From an uncultured Spirochaetaceae bacterium (lineage in GTDB: Bacteria > Spirochaetota > Spirochaetia > DSM-16054 > Sediminispirochaetaceae), in assembly GCA_964346645.1 (NCBI GenBank), contig CAYFVU010000003.1, forward strand, positions 7,157-71,156: a stretch of DNA of 64,000 nt, in the 5' to 3' direction. This document shows positions 54,758 through 64,000 of this stretch, one piece after another (the first letter of the stretch is position 1; every line of letters begins with the position of its first letter). Both the position numbers and the translations under genes were made by a program. Below the pieces are notes generated by a model. It saw only the letters and a list, made by a program, of their open reading frames with translations, was not told the DNA's origin and ran no database searches.

Positions 54758-55783
54758 ATGGAAGAGAAAAGCCCGAAAAACAGAACCATTCTCATCGTCG
54801 ACGACAACCCTCAGAACATACAGCTCGTCGCCTCCCATCTGCAGGAGGACGGCTACCGCATCGCCTTCAGCCAGCACGGAGGCGATGCCCTGGAGAAGGT
54901 GCGGCACACCCTCTACGACCTCATCCTCCTCGACATCATGATGCCGGAGATCGACGGCTTCGAGGTCTGCCGCCGCATCAAAGAGCTGCCGGAGTACAAG
55001 GAGACCCCCATCATCTTCCTTACCGCCAAGACCGACAAGGAGAGCATCATAAACGGCTTCGAGGCGGGGGCTGTCGACTACGTGGCAAAGCCCTTCTACG
55101 GTGCGGAACTGCTCGCACGGGTGCGCACCCACCTCAAGATAAAGGCCTTTCAGGAGCAGCTCGAGGAGATAAATGCGCAGATAAACCGGGAGCTGCTCAA
55201 GAGTATGGAGATGGCCGATGACCTATCCAAGACAAAGGACGAGCTGCAGACGGTAAACAGGCAGCTCTACGACCGCGCCACCAAGGATCCGCTCACCGGA
55301 CTGTTCAACCGCAGAAAGATGATCGACTCCCTCGAGTACGAGAAGGAGCGAAACAGGCGGGGAGATGCCACCTACGCGATCATCATCTGCGACATCGACC
55401 ACTTCAAGTCGGTTAACGACACCCACGGCCACGACTGCGGCGACGAAATCCTGAAACAGGTTGCCGGGGTATTCGAGGAGACCGTCCGCAAGCAGGATCA
55501 GATCTCCCGCTGGGGCGGAGAGGAGTTCCTCATTCTTCTGCCCGAGACCGACGAAGAGGGAGCGGTGACCCTTGCAGAGAAGATCCGCCGAGGGATCGAA
55601 GAGGAGAGCTTCAGCTGTCCCGAACACTCGATAAAAATAACCATGACCTTCGGTGTGGGGATGGGCGAGGGTGAGAAGGACCCGGACCGCTGTATAAAGG
55701 AGGCCGATCTCGCCCTCTACCATGGCAAGACCAGCGGCCGAAACCGCACAAACGCATTTCGGAAGGAGTACGAGGAGAACTGA
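54758..55783 (+). CDS. response regulator - coiled coil - GGDEF diguanylate cyclase
   Basis: REC domain (ILIVDDNPQN…DLILLDIMMPEIDG…KP), GGEEF active site preceded by an RxxD I-site (RKQD-x5-GGEEF). Confidence 0.85.
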   Translation: MEEKSPKNRTILIVDDNPQNIQLVASHLQEDGYRIAFSQHGGDALEKVRHTLYDLILLDIMMPEIDGFEVCRRIKELPEYKETPIIFLTAKTDKESIINGFEAGAVDYVAKPFYGAELLARVRTHLKIKAFQEQLEEINAQINRELLKSMEMADDLSKTKDELQTVNRQLYDRATKDPLTGLFNRRKMIDSLEYEKERNRRGDATYAIIICDIDHFKSVNDTHGHDCGDEILKQVAGVFEETVRKQDQISRWGGEEFLILLPETDEEGAVTLAEKIRRGIEEESFSCPEHSIKITMTFGVGMGEGEKDPDRCIKEADLALYHGKTSGRNRTNAFRKEYEEN

Positions 55784-55845
55784 GTTCTCTTTCTTTCGCC
55801 GTTCTGCGGAGCCGATCGCACGAGTCGGGTTTCCACCTCCTCCCG

Positions 55846-58800
55846 CTAACTACCCTCCGATGCTTCGCCTTCGCTCAGGTCCTCACGGATTTTCCCCACT
55901 CTTCCTTCGAACTCGTTGCTCAGGCGGTTGAGAAACTCTACATCGAAGTCCTTCGATGCACGTCTCAACGAATCGGCGTACGATGCCAAGCCGTTGTGCC
56001 CGTGACGCTCCGCGAGTTCCGCCAGCCTGCGGGCAAAATCCAGTACGTCGTCGACGATCATGCTCGCGCTGATATCTCTCCACAGCGGGAGGAACTCATC
56101 TTCCAGACGTTCGATCATCTCCTGAGGGGCATCCAGCTCTACATCGCTGCTGGGCCCCTGCACGGAGAGTTTCGACTCCTGCAGCCGCTCCGCGGACACC
56201 TCCCGGTCGCTCTCCTCGTCCTCAGGCGTCTCAGCATGCGCCGAATCGGCCGCGATCCTCACGTTCGGCAATGACACGGTAAAGGTGGTTCCCCTCTGCA
56301 CCTCGCTCTCGAGATCCAGGCTGCCCTCCATCGCTTCGACAAGCCGCTTGGTAATGGCGAGGCCCAATCCGGTACCACCGTACTTGCGGCTGCTCTGTCC
56401 CTCCTGCTGACGGAAGGCTTCGAAGATCCGTTCCCGCTGGTGCTCCGGTATGCCTAAGCCCGTGTCGCTCACCACGATCTTGAGGGTAACCGTATCTTCC
56501 CGGTCGGAACTCACCTCCGCAGTTACCCGGATACGCACCTCCCCCTCCTCCGTAAACTTGATGGCGTTTCCCAGGAGATTGAGCAGGATCTGACGAGTTC
56601 TCACCTCGTCGAGCAGCAAGACTTCGGGGACGGAGGGAAGGATCTCCACATGAAAAGCGAGGCCCTTCTCGCGCACGCGAAAGTCGAAGACCTGCCTGAT
56701 GTCCTCGATGAATGGGGTAACGGCCACTCGACCGTACTCCAGCTGCAGCCTTCCCGCCTCGATCTTGGACATGTCGAGTATGTCGTTCAGCAGGGAGAGG
56801 AGCATCGTCCCGGATTTTTCTATGGAGGAGACATAGTCTCTGAGCACGGAATCCTCCAGTCGTTGGGACAGGAGCTGGGCATAACCGAGCACCGAATTCA
56901 TTGGAGTGCGTACCTCGTGACTTATGTTGGCCAGGAAGTCGCTCTTGATTCTATTCCCCTCCTCGGCGCGCTCCTTAGAGATGCGCAGCTCGTCCTCTAT
57001 CCGTTTACGCTCGCTCACGTCACGTGATATGGCCAGTATTTCGCGGTGCGCCTTCGTCACGCTGTCCTTTACCATCCTGCTGACCGTCTCGAACCAGGTG
57101 TAGCTGCCGTCCTTTCGCCGTATGCGGTAGATTACGTTGAAGAAGTCGTCCCCGGACTGTACGGTCTCGTGGGACTCTTCTATGGTCTGTAGATCCTCGG
57201 GATGGAAGAGGTCGTAGGCGTTGTATCCTATCAGCTCCTCCGGCTCATAGCCGAGGAGCCGCTTCGAGGCAGGAGAGGCGTAGGTGTAGACACCCTCGAG
57301 CGTGTGCTGGCTGATAAGGTCGGTCGAATTTTCGGCGAGCAGACGATACTTCTCCTCGCTCCGGCGCAGATCCTGCTCCGCCCTCTTTCTGTCGGTGATG
57401 TCGTGGGCTATGCTGAGGAGAAAGCTCTTCTCGTTGATCCGCAGGTGGCGCACGGTCATGACCACGTTTCGGATTTTTCCGTTCTTCGTGAGATGCTCGG
57501 TTTCGAACGTACTGTATCCGGTATCGAGAATTTCCCGGATGTGGTTTATCACATCATCGTTACTCTCGAGACCCTCTACATCCTGCACCCGCAGTCGGGA
57601 GAACTCCTCCCGAGAGTAGCCGAGCGTGAGATGAGACTTGTCGTTGAACTCGATAAAGGAGCCGTCGTTCGGATCGACGAGGAAGATCGACTCTGTGGCG
57701 TCGCGAAATATGCTCCGGTAGAGAGTCTCGGACTCCTCGATCCGTTGCTCGACCCGGCGCCTCTCCGTCGTATCCGTCTGGATTGCGACGAAGTGGTGGA
57801 TCTCTCCCTGTGCATCGTAGATGGGCGCAATGGTCTGATGCGCATAGTACTCGGAGCCGTCCTTCCTCCTGTTGACGATCTCCTCCTCCCAGACCTCTCC
57901 GTCGAGTATCGTGCTCCAGAGACGCCGGTAATACTCCTCCTCCTGGGCTCCCGAGTACAACACGTGGGGAGTCTTGCCCTTGATCTCCTCCGCCCTGTAT
58001 CCGGTGACTCGGGTGAAGGCGGGATTGACATATTCGATCCGTCCTTCGAAATCGGTTATATAGATGGCGAAGCCTGCCTCCTGTATCGCCTTGACGTACT
58101 TACGCAGCTCCTCGTCTCGCTCGCGAATACGGTTCGTCATGACGTTGAAGGCGTTCTGCAGCGCCATGAATTCCTTGAAGGTGGCGATGTTGTCGTCGAT
58201 GGAAAGCGGCATGTCTTCCCACACCGAACGTTCGACTATGTGGAGGAAGTAGACGAGAGGGTTGACCACGAGCTGAGAGATGAAGCTGCGCACATACACA
58301 GCTACCGCCGCAAGAAGCAGAATCATCAACCCTGCGATAAAGACCATGCTCCTCAAGAGCAGAGAGAGCAGGGCGGGTATTCGGACGGCGTCTACCAGTA
58401 TCCAGCCGGTAGAGGGAACGGTATTCGCCTGCGCATAGTAGCGTGTGCCGAAGAGCTGCTCTATACTCGCCTCACGAGCTCCGGCATCCCCGTTACTCCT
58501 CACAGACCGTATCAACTCCGTGCCCCCGATATTCACGTGCTCCTCCACGTAACGGGTATTCGGATGTGCGATGATGTTGCCGTAAGAGTCTGTGAGAAAT
58601 ACCAGTGGGGATACCGAGCTCAGCTCCTCCGAACCTTCGAGAACCTCCTGCAAAAAATCCAGCTCGAGGCCGCCGAGCACAAAACGTCCCGAGGAGGTTT
58701 GCCGGTACATTCGTATGGTAACCTTCCCGGTAGTAGGAGATACATACGGCTCGGAGATCTTGCAGGTAAAGGGTTGCCCGCCTTCCGGCTCGGACCACTC

Positions 58801-59214
58801 GTGAAAGACCGATGCGATGTTTCTTCTCTCCATAGGCTCCGGATAGGAGGCCAAGACTTCTCCCTCTGCATCTGTTACGGTAATCTTCTGAAAGTAGCGA
58901 TAGGTCTCGAAGACCTTCTCGGAGAGTTCATCGAGCCCCGCAGGTCCCTCTACACTCGGCTCCAACAGCGCAACGAGGCTCAGCGCCTTGTCGGCATTCC
59001 TTACATGATCGGTTACCAAGCTCACCAGAGTGCGGCTGTACTGCTGCCGCCGCTTCCTGTACTCGCGAAAGTTGTTGCTGAACTCGAATGCAGAGAATAG
59101 TATGAGGACAAATACTATGCCTATCAGAAAGAAGGGCACGAGACGGCGCCGCACCGTCCTGTTGAGCGTGTCCGGTCCCTTATCGCTCTTCTTTTTACTC
59201 CGGAAAAACTGCAT
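55846..59214 (-). CDS. multi-sensor histidine kinase (periplasmic Cache-like domain, three PAS, HisKA, HATPase, extra C-terminal helical domain)
   Basis: Two TM segments flank a periplasmic region of about 250 aa. PAS-like repeats. H-box FLANISHEVRTPMNSVLGY. N/G boxes (LLGNAIKFT, DTGLGIP, GGTGLGL). Confidence 0.85.
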   Translation of the reverse strand: MQFFRSKKKSDKGPDTLNRTVRRRLVPFFLIGIVFVLILFSAFEFSNNFREYRKRRQQYSRTLVSLVTDHVRNADKALSLVALLEPSVEGPAGLDELSEKVFETYRYFQKITVTDAEGEVLASYPEPMERRNIASVFHEWSEPEGGQPFTCKISEPYVSPTTGKVTIRMYRQTSSGRFVLGGLELDFLQEVLEGSEELSSVSPLVFLTDSYGNIIAHPNTRYVEEHVNIGGTELIRSVRSNGDAGAREASIEQLFGTRYYAQANTVPSTGWILVDAVRIPALLSLLLRSMVFIAGLMILLLAAVAVYVRSFISQLVVNPLVYFLHIVERSVWEDMPLSIDDNIATFKEFMALQNAFNVMTNRIRERDEELRKYVKAIQEAGFAIYITDFEGRIEYVNPAFTRVTGYRAEEIKGKTPHVLYSGAQEEEYYRRLWSTILDGEVWEEEIVNRRKDGSEYYAHQTIAPIYDAQGEIHHFVAIQTDTTERRRVEQRIEESETLYRSIFRDATESIFLVDPNDGSFIEFNDKSHLTLGYSREEFSRLRVQDVEGLESNDDVINHIREILDTGYSTFETEHLTKNGKIRNVVMTVRHLRINEKSFLLSIAHDITDRKRAEQDLRRSEEKYRLLAENSTDLISQHTLEGVYTYASPASKRLLGYEPEELIGYNAYDLFHPEDLQTIEESHETVQSGDDFFNVIYRIRRKDGSYTWFETVSRMVKDSVTKAHREILAISRDVSERKRIEDELRISKERAEEGNRIKSDFLANISHEVRTPMNSVLGYAQLLSQRLEDSVLRDYVSSIEKSGTMLLSLLNDILDMSKIEAGRLQLEYGRVAVTPFIEDIRQVFDFRVREKGLAFHVEILPSVPEVLLLDEVRTRQILLNLLGNAIKFTEEGEVRIRVTAEVSSDREDTVTLKIVVSDTGLGIPEHQRERIFEAFRQQEGQSSRKYGGTGLGLAITKRLVEAMEGSLDLESEVQRGTTFTVSLPNVRIAADSAHAETPEDEESDREVSAERLQESKLSVQGPSSDVELDAPQEMIERLEDEFLPLWRDISASMIVDDVLDFARRLAELAERHGHNGLASYADSLRRASKDFDVEFLNRLSNEFEGRVGKIREDLSEGEASEGS

Positions 59215-60472
59215 CTATCTTTTCCACTAAATTGAACTCCCCGTTCTCGACCCGGGTAATGAATATCGGCCGGTACACGTCCCCGAACTCGTCGAACATG
59301 AGCCTCCCGCTTAAGGCCTCTAGCGTCTCGATGGTGGAAAGCGCCTCGATAAGTCCCTCTCCCCGTCCCTTCGTGTGCTTCAAGCCCTTCCGCAGGAAGA
59401 GGACTGTTTCATAGCCTTGGGCTGCGGCGAAATTCGGCTCGTTGCCGTACCTCTCCGCGTATGCGCGGGCGAAATCCGTGAAAGCCTCACTGCCTCCCTC
59501 TCTGCTGAAGGTGTCGGTAAAGAGGATGCCCTCTACGGCCTCGCCCCCGTAGCGCAGGAGACTCTCCGTGTAGGCCCAGCCCGATCCGAGCAGCCTCGCC
59601 TCCAGCGACGACTCGGCGGCCGCCTTCGCGAAGAGAGCGGTCTCGGCCGCCGATGCAACGACGAGGACGGTGTCGCAGCCGGCATTCTCGAGCCGCTCTG
59701 TCATCATCCGCCAGCTTAGCCCTCCGCCCGATGCGCTGCCTGCATGTGCGTCCTCGAGGCCTCCGCCCTCGTCGTTCCTGCCCGGCTCTTTTTCGCCTTT
59801 CAGCGGTGCGGCGGGGAGATCCTCGGAATCGAAGGGTATGCGTTCGAACGTCTTTGCACCGTGCTTCCTCGCACTCTCGACGAAGGTGTCGGTGTAAGGC
59901 AACGAATAGGCCTCGTTGCTGGTGTCGTATACCACTCCGACTCTCTTTGAGCCGAGCCGCTCGCATGCATATCTGCCCATTACGGCCGCGCTCCTGTCTG
60001 AGGAGGGGTTGAGGCGGAAGAAGTTGTCTCTCCTCCCGCTCAGCAGCGGCGTCGAGGTGGTGGGGCTGACGAGGGGGAGCTCTTCTCTACGGAGTCTCGG
60101 CAGGGCGGCGAGGGTCTGAGAGCTGGTTATATGGCCGATGATCGCAACGACTCCCATTTCTATATGCTTCTTATCCGCCTCTATCGCTCCCTCGGGTGTG
60201 TTCTCATCGTTCTCCACTATCAGCTCGAGCTTCCTCCCCGCTACTCCCCCCTGATTATTTATGTGCTCGACCGCGAGTTGAGCACCGTTCCGCGCCCCCA
60301 CACCCAGGTCGGAGTGCACCCCGGTGAGCTGTCCGCTGAATCCAATGAGAATCTTCCCTCTCCCCGTGCATCCGCCGAGTACGCCCGCGAAGAGCAGAGC
60401 CAGAGCGAGGGCCGAAATAAGACCCGGCGCATACTTGAAATACCCTCGTTTTCGCATTCGTCTCAACTTCAT
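59195..60472 (-). CDS. type-1 periplasmic binding protein (Leu/Ile/Val-binding-like, Peripla_BP_6) lipoprotein, probable kinase co-sensor
   Basis: Lipobox LGGC. …ILIGFSGQLTG…GVVAIIGHITS… is typical of the LivJ-like fold. The 3' end overlaps the kinase start by 20 nt. Confidence 0.75.
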   Translation of the reverse strand: MKLRRMRKRGYFKYAPGLISALALALLFAGVLGGCTGRGKILIGFSGQLTGVHSDLGVGARNGAQLAVEHINNQGGVAGRKLELIVENDENTPEGAIEADKKHIEMGVVAIIGHITSSQTLAALPRLRREELPLVSPTTSTPLLSGRRDNFFRLNPSSDRSAAVMGRYACERLGSKRVGVVYDTSNEAYSLPYTDTFVESARKHGAKTFERIPFDSEDLPAAPLKGEKEPGRNDEGGGLEDAHAGSASGGGLSWRMMTERLENAGCDTVLVVASAAETALFAKAAAESSLEARLLGSGWAYTESLLRYGGEAVEGILFTDTFSREGGSEAFTDFARAYAERYGNEPNFAAAQGYETVLFLRKGLKHTKGRGEGLIEALSTIETLEALSGRLMFDEFGDVYRPIFITRVENGEFNLVEKIDAVFPE

Positions 60473-60494
60473 ACGCCATCATACTCCTCGAGCT

Positions 60495-62108
60495 TCAAAA
60501 GGGAAACTCCTCCGGCTCGGCGATCTCGGCCCCTCCCTTCTTCTCCTCCTTCACCTCTCGCTCGACGTGCAGCTCGTTGCCGCGTACGTAGATCGCCTTG
60601 CCGCCTTCGACGGGACAGGCATACTCGCAGTTGCCGCAGCCCACGCAGATATCGTTGTCCGTCTTCGGCTGAGTGAGGTGGGGGCGGTAGGGGACCATCC
60701 AGACCGCGCCGGTGGGACAGACCTCAGCACAGGCGCCGCAGGCCGTACCCTTCGAGAAGATTACGCAGCGCTCCTTTATGAACTGCACCTTGCCGATCTG
60801 AGTCTTCTGCTTCTCCTTCAAGCCGAGGGGGAGAATAGCGCCTACGGGGCAGACGTTGAGGCAGGAGCTACACTCGAACTCGCAGTAGCCGGTGCCGTAG
60901 TCCATGACCGGCTGCATGAATCCGTCCAGGCCGTACTCGAAGAGCGAGGGCTGCAACACGTGGGTAGGACAGGCCGCGACACAGGTGTGGCAGGAGATGC
61001 AGGTTGCGTGAAACCGCGCGAGGCTCTTGGAACCGGGAGGCGTTGCGGGACGGTTCGGTCTTCCCTCGGGCCCCGTAGAACGCAGTGTGAGCAGTCCGCG
61101 GTAGGTCCCCGGCAGCACCGCCGCCATGAGGGAAGTGCCGCCGACGGCACCGCCGAGGGACTTTCCGGACCGTTTCAAGAACTCCCTCCTGCCGGTCCGT
61201 GTTAGCCCCTCGGTACGCGCTCCGGAGAAACGCAGCGCATCGAAGGGGCAGCTCGAGCTGCAGACGAAACAGACCACACAGGTCTCGACATCTATCTTCA
61301 CCGCATCCTTCTCGACGGAGATGCTGCCGGTCTTGCAGACCTTCTCGCAGATGCCGCAGAGGGTACAGCGATCTTCGACGGCCTGTATCTGCAGCAGGGG
61401 GAGTCCGGGCACGAGCGTCGGCAGTCGGAGGAGGGCTCCCGTGGGGCAGAGGGAATTGCAGAACCAGCGACCCCGCCACAGTGTCACGACTGCGAGCGCG
61501 ACAAAGAGTATCGCGGTTACCGCCACCACCGGCAGGTGTCCGTGAAAGGGAATCGGCGCAATAAAGAGGTCGAAAATCTTCAGCCCCTGCGAGGCGAGCA
61601 GGCTCACACCGGAGGCAGCCGGTAAAATGAGGTCCCGTTCCACCCTTCCCCAGAACGCGTAAGGCTCGAGAAAATTCACCAGAAGAGAGGTTCCGGCAGC
61701 GAAGAGTGCGAGGCTCAACAGGGCAACTGCGAGGTGCACGATTCTCCTTCTCTTCGATCCTAAGGGACTCCGGACGAAGTTCCGTCGTCGTATCCTTCCC
61801 CCGAGGAATATCAGTATGTCCTGAGTTATTCCGAGGGGACAGAGGACCGAGCAGTAGAGGCGTCCGAAGACCACGGTGAGCAGGAGCACCGGTAGGAATC
61901 CCGCCGCGAGCCAGCTTGCCGTGGCGGTAGCGATTGCGATTCCGGCGGGGAGGAACTGCGTCCGCGAGAGCAGCTTCAACAGCTGCTCGGCCCACGGGGC
62001 GGAGGCGAGCAGCGCGAGGTGAAAGAGCATGAAGAGAAGAGCCGCAGCGGCAATGCGGAGCTGCAGCTGCCGCAGGGCAAGTGCGGGCTTTTCCTTATTA
62101 TTCTCCAT
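60495..62108 (-). CDS. membrane-anchored polyferredoxin (NapH/MauN-like N-terminus plus multiple 4Fe-4S motifs)
   Basis: TM helices with two CxxxCP motifs (CSVLCPLG, CNSLCPTG). About six ferredoxin-type Cys clusters follow (CTLCGICEKVC, CVVCFVCSSSCP, CISCHTCVAACP, CSSCLNVCP, CGACAEVCP, CVGCGNCEYACP). Confidence 0.8.
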   Translation of the reverse strand: MENNKEKPALALRQLQLRIAAAALLFMLFHLALLASAPWAEQLLKLLSRTQFLPAGIAIATATASWLAAGFLPVLLLTVVFGRLYCSVLCPLGITQDILIFLGGRIRRRNFVRSPLGSKRRRIVHLAVALLSLALFAAGTSLLVNFLEPYAFWGRVERDLILPAASGVSLLASQGLKIFDLFIAPIPFHGHLPVVAVTAILFVALAVVTLWRGRWFCNSLCPTGALLRLPTLVPGLPLLQIQAVEDRCTLCGICEKVCKTGSISVEKDAVKIDVETCVVCFVCSSSCPFDALRFSGARTEGLTRTGRREFLKRSGKSLGGAVGGTSLMAAVLPGTYRGLLTLRSTGPEGRPNRPATPPGSKSLARFHATCISCHTCVAACPTHVLQPSLFEYGLDGFMQPVMDYGTGYCEFECSSCLNVCPVGAILPLGLKEKQKTQIGKVQFIKERCVIFSKGTACGACAEVCPTGAVWMVPYRPHLTQPKTDNDICVGCGNCEYACPVEGGKAIYVRGNELHVEREVKEEKKGGAEIAEPEEFPF

Positions 62109-62127
62109 ACGTATTCTTCTCCATGCG

Positions 62128-63042
62128 CTAGACCCTGATCCTGCGGATGTTCAGCGCATCCAGATTTCCATTGCCGAGGCCGAGCTCCTGTGCGATGGAG
62201 ATGTAGCGTACCGCATCTAAACTCGTGCCCCAGGTCTTCGCCGCCGCCGCATCGGCGGCTACGATGTCGGAAGAGATGATCTGCATCCGTTTGACCTCCA
62301 GCTCCGCCCTATGAGAGGAGCCCCGCGGCCCACCGCTCATCATAACCGTGTGAGCGTCGATGATATTGAGGGTCGGGCTACGCAGCAGCGGAAACTCGGC
62401 TATGCAGCGATGGAGGTCGTTGGCGTGGTAATACCATCGGTCCCACACGAGTCCCATGAGGTTCTTCAGAGCCGAGGTAATTCGTGTGCTCCCGTGGTGT
62501 TTGAGGATGGGAATATTGATAATGACGTCCGCCTCCAAGACCTGCTCGTGGGCGAGTACCGTCTTGAGCTTTCGCGCACCGGGAACCTTCACCTCCTGGT
62601 AGTAGCTCCGGGAATTCGCCGGGACGATCCGTCCTCCCCCCTCCTTCACCGCACGGCCGATCTCGTTGTGATCGTAGGCCCTGCTCGGCGAGTCTATGGT
62701 GTGGTCGACCACGTAGACCTTCTTTGCACCGGCTTCGATGCAGTGCTCGATTACACGCCGCACGAGGTCCGGCGTGGTCGTCGCGCCGCGTTCCGGATCC
62801 GTTCCCCACGAGGCGTTGGGTTTTATCACGACCGTCTGTCCGCGCTTGACGTAGCGGCCGATTCCGCCGAGCTCAGCGATGCCCTTGTCGAACATGCCGG
62901 CCGGGCTTCCACCGAGGACCGCCGCCATGTCGTAGGGGCCGCTCTTCTCCGTTCCCAACAGCATTGCAGGTCTGCCGAAGAAAAACGCCGCGGTACCCGC
63001 ACTCATCGCGGCAAAACGCGTGAGAAACTCTCTTCTATCCAT
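62128..63042 (-). CDS. DUF362-domain protein with twin-arginine signal peptide
   Basis: MDRREFLTRFAAMSAGTAAFFFG (RRxFL Tat motif). DUF362-like core (…VVIKPNASWG…, …ILKHHGSTRITSALKNLMG…). Confidence 0.75.
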   Translation of the reverse strand: MDRREFLTRFAAMSAGTAAFFFGRPAMLLGTEKSGPYDMAAVLGGSPAGMFDKGIAELGGIGRYVKRGQTVVIKPNASWGTDPERGATTTPDLVRRVIEHCIEAGAKKVYVVDHTIDSPSRAYDHNEIGRAVKEGGGRIVPANSRSYYQEVKVPGARKLKTVLAHEQVLEADVIINIPILKHHGSTRITSALKNLMGLVWDRWYYHANDLHRCIAEFPLLRSPTLNIIDAHTVMMSGGPRGSSHRAELEVKRMQIISSDIVAADAAAAKTWGTSLDAVRYISIAQELGLGNGNLDALNIRRIRV

Positions 63043-63766
63043 CTCTACCTCCTCTCTTTCGCCGGAGAAGCCTTCCGGCTGCGAGGGTCAGTTCAAAAAG
63101 CGCGTAGAGCAGGAGCCCTACCGCTGCCTGGGTAAATATGTCCGGCGGCGTCAGGAAGGCCGCCGCAAGAAATATGCCCACCAACACGTACTTTCTCGCC
63201 CCGGCCGCCGCATCCACCGAGAGCAGTTCTGCCGCAAAGAGAAAAAAGAGCAGCACCGGCAAAAGGAATAGGACACCGCAGACGAGCACGACGGAGACGA
63301 CGAACTGCACATAGCCCCCGATGCTCCACAGCGGCAGGAGCGTCTCCTCGGTACCGAAACCGGCTAAGAACCCGAGGGCAAACGGCGTTAAAAGGAAAAA
63401 ACCGAAAGCGGTGCCCCCCGCGAAGAGGATGAGCACTGCCGCCACGGAAGGAAGGAACCAGCGCCGCTCCCGCCGCGTCAGCCCCGGTACGACGAACGAG
63501 GCGACCTCGAGGATCAGAAAGGGAATCCCGATCAGCAGGCCCGTAAACAGAGCAACCCGGAGGTAGGTGACGAGCTTCTCCTGCGGCTTGAGGTACACGA
63601 GACTCACATCGAGACCCCTCATGGGAAGCTCGAGTATATCTACCAAACTACTCGCATATATGAGTGATATCCCGGCCGCCACGACGACTACGACCGCCGA
63701 GAAAAGGATTTTCCGCCTCAACACCTCCAGGTGATCGAGAAATCCCGGCTCTTCTTGGGAGCTCAT
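63035..63766 (-). CDS. tatC: twin-arginine translocase subunit TatC
   Basis: Six-TM protein with an N-terminus (…FLDHLEVLRRKILFS…) typical of TatC. Overlaps both neighbours. Confidence 0.85.
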   Translation of the reverse strand: MSSQEEPGFLDHLEVLRRKILFSAVVVVVAAGISLIYASSLVDILELPMRGLDVSLVYLKPQEKLVTYLRVALFTGLLIGIPFLILEVASFVVPGLTRRERRWFLPSVAAVLILFAGGTAFGFFLLTPFALGFLAGFGTEETLLPLWSIGGYVQFVVSVVLVCGVLFLLPVLLFFLFAAELLSVDAAAGARKYVLVGIFLAAAFLTPPDIFTQAAVGLLLYALFELTLAAGRLLRRKRGGRDG

Positions 63767-63957
63767 TCGTCCTTTCTCTTGTCCTCTCTCTTGTCCTCCG
63801 AGTCCACCTCCAGCTCATCGCTCACACTCCGCATCTCGCTCTTGAACGACTTCAACGCCTTACCGAGAGACTTGGCCGCCTCGGGCAGCTTCTTTGCGCC
63901 GAAGAGGAGAAAAAAGAGGATGAGCACGACAATGATCTCAGTACCGCCGATATGCAT
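63763..63957 (-). CDS. tatA: twin-arginine translocase subunit TatA/E
   Basis: MHIGGTEIIVVLILFFLLFGAKKLPEAAKSLGKALKSFK has the TM-hinge-amphipathic helix signature (FG.KKLP). GGAGGAAC RBS. Confidence 0.8.
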   Translation of the reverse strand: MHIGGTEIIVVLILFFLLFGAKKLPEAAKSLGKALKSFKSEMRSVSDELEVDSEDKREDKRKDE

Positions 63958-64000
63958 ATGGTTCCTCCGTACGTTAATTATGAGAGATAAACCGGACGTA

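Noticed and set aside
62104-62117. TCCATACGTATTCT as a ninth operator of the ATACGTAT family; also the intragenic copy TTCATACGTATGTA at 11218..11231
   Set aside because: The core octamer is present but the outer TG/CA arms are not. One copy overlaps a start codon in an unrelated redox operon and the other lies inside a coding region. Both are kept out of the regulon call pending a computed genome-wide scan.
1-64000. Mobile elements, prophage or defence islands, tRNA/rRNA genes and CRISPR arrays
   Set aside because: I found no transposase, integrase or recombinase ORFs, no terminal inverted repeats flanking the AT-rich spacers, no cloverleaf-like tRNA sequences and no repeat-spacer arrays. 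This was done by eye, so a tRNAscan, Rfam and IS search would be needed to exclude small elements.

Overview
GC-rich bacterial chromosomal segment with short, very AT-rich intergenic spacers. By eye I find about 54 protein-coding genes and no rRNA, tRNA, CRISPR array, transposase or integrase. The organism cannot be named from sequence alone; the gene content fits a free-living saccharolytic, motile, possibly pigmented bacterium. The left half (1-32.6 kb) is a carbohydrate-utilisation island. It holds three CUT1-type sugar ABC importers, each with a binding protein and two permeases and none with an ATPase; the binding-protein gene of one is a pseudogene. It also holds a cytoplasmic GH38 alpha-mannosidase, two uroporphyrinogen-decarboxylase-family (URO-D) paralogues, two LacI-type regulators, one AraR-type (GntR-HTH plus sugar-binding domain) regulator and cupin, hydrolase and lactonase genes. 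A six-gene operon there encodes Ldh_2 oxidoreductase, creatininase-family protein, SDR, FucI-like isomerase, HpcH aldolase and a DUF1537 acid-sugar kinase. A 14-bp palindrome (TGwATACGTATwCA) recurs in at least eight promoter regions of this island and suggests a single regulon. The right half carries recQ, a radical SAM gene, a dtxR-feoA-feoA-feoB iron locus with two operator palindromes, and M14 peptidase, MBL hydrolase and FAD oxidoreductase genes. It also carries a chemoreceptor whose periplasmic domain holds two tandem CZB zinc-binding motifs, and a carotenoid glycoside-ester type cluster (hydratase-like protein, phytoene synthase, GT2, acyltransferase). Next comes a dedicated ECF transporter followed by a ChlI-like AAA+ ORF and a vWA ORF. 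It ends with a response-regulator diguanylate cyclase and a co-directional string tatA-tatC-DUF362(Tat signal)-polyferredoxin-binding protein-histidine kinase. The most unusual observation is an A9 tract exactly at the ChlI-like/vWA junction: a -1 slip there would fuse the two ORFs into a canonical chelatase D-subunit architecture. This could be recoding, phase variation or a homopolymer sequencing error. All functional calls come from reading the translated ORFs for family motifs, not from database searches.
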